A stretch of DNA of 24,000 nt from an uncultured Steroidobacteraceae bacterium (GTDB lineage Bacteria; Pseudomonadota; Gammaproteobacteria; Steroidobacterales; Steroidobacteraceae), in the NCBI GenBank assembly GCA_964247385.1, contig CAXTUB010000001.1:174224-198223 (forward strand), in the 5' to 3' direction. Of the stretch, positions 22,160 through 24,000 are shown one piece after another. The notes under the pieces are model-generated. The model was given only the letters and a program-made list of their open reading frames with translations. It ran no database searches and was not told where the DNA came from. The position numbers and the translations under genes were made by a program. Every line of letters starts with the position of its first letter. The stretch's first letter is position 1.

Positions 22160-22233
22160 GGTGCGCGCTAGTGGGATCGAACCACTGACCCCCACCATGT
22201 CAAGGTGATGCTCTACCGCTGAGCTAAGCGCGC
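22159..22233 (-). tRNA. tRNA-Val (anticodon GAC), CCA encoded
   Basis: Manual cloverleaf: acceptor GCGCGCT/AGCGCGC, D arm GCTC-AGCGGTA-GAGC, anticodon arm TCACC-TT GAC AT-GGTGG, variable GGGTC, T arm AGTGG-TTCGATC-CCACT, then A-CCA. 75 nt. Confidence 0.95.
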
Positions 22234-24000
22234 TCGGTGGGCGCGAACGATACCGGATTCGGCGATGGCGATAAAGAGCCGGAGTCGGAGAAGTGGAACT
22301 TGGCCTCGCCGATGATGACGACATCGCCGTCTTTCAACTTGTGCCGCGACACCTTGCGGTCATTGACGATGATTCCGTTGGTGCTGCCAAGATCTTCGAT
22401 GATGGCGTGGCGAGCGCCGGTCAATATGAGTGCGTGGTGCCGGCTCACCGAGGTGGACTCGATGCGCACGTCATTATCCGGAGCTCGGCCAATGCGCGTT
22501 CGCGCGCCCAACATGAAGGTGCCGGACGCACCCTCGTCCACACGCGACAGCGACACCCGGTGCTCCTCTGCGCCCGGCGCTGACAGCGAATGAACAGGGT
22601 TCCCCAGAATCGGAGCGCCCAAACGCTCGATGCTCGACTGCAACCGGCCAAGCACTTGGGCGTTATTGGTTGCGCTGCGCTCGAGCCGGCGAATCAAGAA
22701 TTCACGCTCTTCCAATGCGCCGCGCGAGCGCTCGAGCGCGGACTGCAAGCGCTTGATCTCGTTCTCGGCCTCGCCCAGCTCGAGTGATTTCGATTCCAAC
22801 GATGCTGCCACGCGCGCAATTTCCGCTTCAGCTTCCTCGACTGGGCGCAGCCGCGCCGTAAGCTCCTCACGAGCCAAGCTCAACTCGCGCTCCAAGCCCG
22901 ATGCGCGCTGCGAAGCGTCGGCAAGCGCAGCGCGCGATTCCGACAATTCCATCTGCGCCGCCGATAGCTCCGCTCCCGCATTCTCGCGTACCCGGGCAAT
23001 CTCCGCTTCCACGTGCTGACGGCTGTGAGAAAGCGCTTCGCGTGCCGACTCTTGTGCGTTTGCGATCTCGATGCGCGCGGCGTCTTGAGCCCGCGCGGTC
23101 TCCGCACGCGCCGTTTCGCGCGTGCGCTCCACTTCCTCATGCGCCGACAGTCGGGCGCGCTCCACTTCTTCACGAGCCTCCGCCTGGGCGCGCTCGATTT
23201 CCTCACGCGCCGCGCTCTGAGCTTCTGCAACCAGCAGTTTCGCCGAGTCACGCGCCTGCACGAGCTCATCTCGGGAAAGCTCGCGAAGCGTAGATACTTC
23301 CGCCTGCGCGGCTTGGAGGGAGCCTTCCAACCCCTGAGTCTCGCGCACATAGGCTTCGTGCTTCGCTTCCACCTCGGCCGCCCGATGCTCGGCATTGTCG
23401 AGCCGCGCAGCAAGCGCCTCACGGCCTGCAACGGCCTCCGCAGCCTGCCGCTCGACTCGCGCACGAGTTTCCGATTCGACCGACAACTGCTGTCTGACCT
23501 CTCGCAGCGCAGATTCGATGGAGCTGCGCTGACTCTCCGCCGCGGCACGAGCAGAGCCCGCAGCCTCGAGCTGCGCACGAAGCTCATCTTGCCCCTGCCG
23601 AGCCTTATCGAGTTCCGCAACGCGAGCCTTCGACTGTTCGGCACTGCTTGCCAATGCCGCCTCGAGCGCACGAACCGCCGACTCGCGCTCGGTCAACTGG
23701 GCAGAGGTTTCCTGTCTCGCGCTTTGCAATTGCGCTGCGTGCTGCTCGAGCTGCGCGCGCGCAGCTCGCGCGGCCGCCAGCTCTTGCTGCATTTCGCGCA
23801 CGGTTTTTTCGAGCACGGCACGATCGGAATCGGCTCTCGCTTGAGCGCCCTCGCGTGCCTTGAGCTGCACCAGCAGATCCTGACGAGTTTGCTCGCTGGT
23901 CTGCAAGGCCTTCGTCTGCGACTTGAGGTTTTCGGAGTTGGCCACGATGGCCGCCTCGAGCGCACGCACGTTGGCTTCACGTTCAGCGAGCTGCGCGGTC
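22224..24000 (-). CDS. Large coiled-coil protein with a C-terminal FHA domain; 5' end beyond the right edge
   Basis: The frame stays open upstream of the track start (GTG 23969) to position 24000 (..TAQLAEREAN-VRALEAA..). About 470 residues are Ala/Glu/Arg/Gln-rich helical repeats. The FHA domain is at roughly 22290-22520 (TRIGRAPDNDVRIESTSVSRHHALI...GSTNGIIVNDRKV...GDVVIIGEAKFHF). Confidence 0.85.
   Translation of the reverse strand, partial: TAQLAEREANVRALEAAIVANSENLKSQTKALQTSEQTRQDLLVQLKAREGAQARADSDRAVLEKTVREMQQELAAARAARAQLEQHAAQLQSARQETSAQLTERESAVRALEAALASSAEQSKARVAELDKARQGQDELRAQLEAAGSARAAAESQRSSIESALREVRQQLSVESETRARVERQAAEAVAGREALAARLDNAEHRAAEVEAKHEAYVRETQGLEGSLQAAQAEVSTLRELSRDELVQARDSAKLLVAEAQSAAREEIERAQAEAREEVERARLSAHEEVERTRETARAETARAQDAARIEIANAQESAREALSHSRQHVEAEIARVRENAGAELSAAQMELSESRAALADASQRASGLERELSLAREELTARLRPVEEAEAEIARVAASLESKSLELGEAENEIKRLQSALERSRGALEEREFLIRRLERSATNNAQVLGRLQSSIERLGAPILGNPVHSLSAPGAEEHRVSLSRVDEGASGTFMLGARTRIGRAPDNDVRIESTSVSRHHALILTGARHAIIEDLGSTNGIIVNDRKVSRHKLKDGDVVIIGEAKFHFSDSGSLSPSPNPVSFAPTERA
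22947..23243 (-). repeat. Nine tandem 33-nt (11-residue, hendecad) coding repeats inside the FHA-protein gene
   Basis: Protein register: AKLLVAEAQSA/AREEIERAQAE/AREEVERARLS/AHEEVERTRET/ARAETARAQDA/ARIEIANAQES/AREALSHSRQH/VEAEIARVREN/AGAELSAAQME. The DNA-level period is visible as gcgctccacttcc (23124), gcgctccacttct (23157) and gcgctcgatttcc (23190). Confidence 0.85.
23406..24000 (-). repeat. Two diverged 294-nt (98-residue) tandem units inside the FHA-protein gene
   Basis: QLAEREANVRALEAAIVANSENLKSQ... (starts at 23993) aligns without gaps to QLTERESAVRALEAALASSAEQSKAR... (starts at 23699). By my hand count about 38 of 98 positions are identical. Confidence 0.7.

Noticed and set aside
22160-22324. 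Upstream extension of the P-loop ORF
   Set aside because: It reads straight through tRNA-Val and the FHA-gene 3' end.
22947-23243. 33-nt periodicity considered as a CRISPR-like or non-coding tandem array
   Set aside because: The units are contiguous with no spacers. They lie in one long open frame and translate to a coherent 11-residue helical repeat.
22880-23671. 263-aa alternative-frame ORF, plus + strand ORFs within the FHA-protein gene
   Set aside because: The products are extremely Arg/Ser/Pro-rich. They are produced by the repetitive GC-rich coiled-coil coding sequence, and the FHA frame is the only one with a recognisable domain.

Overview
GC-rich, very gene-dense proteobacterial chromosomal window with 23 protein genes and 2 tRNAs. 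Every intergenic gap is 127 bp or shorter. I saw no integrase, transposase, CRISPR array or obvious foreign island. Left third, + strand: a divergent leucine-catabolism promoter (liuB to the left, ivd to the right) carries a near-perfect 23-bp palindrome. It leads into a tightly coupled string of ivd, GntR/FCD regulator, aldehyde dehydrogenase, ABC ATPase, double-FtsX permease and a secreted AttH/CrtC-like protein, then an orphan 82-aa ORF. Middle, - strand: canonical pqiABC (MCE lipid-transport) operon, a SnoaL/NTF2-like gene and tRNA-Pro(GGG). Right half, - strand: the conserved thrS-infC-rpmI-rplT-pheS-pheT-ihfA-merR-like block, in the order I recall from Pseudomonas and other gamma/beta-proteobacteria. 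Here that block is headed by tRNA-Val(GAC) and an uncharacterised P-loop NTPase sitting 14 nt upstream of thrS. Upstream of these lies the 3' part of a large coiled-coil protein with a C-terminal FHA domain and two tiers of internal repeats (33 nt/11 aa and 294 nt/98 aa). I cannot point to a clear-cut new system. The best candidates for follow-up are the tRNA-Val/P-loop/thrS junction, the hendecad-repeat FHA protein, and the ivd-gntR-aldh-ABC-AttH cluster with its operator. Most long ORFs in the track that lie antisense to or out of frame with these genes look like GC-rich artefacts and are listed as rejected.
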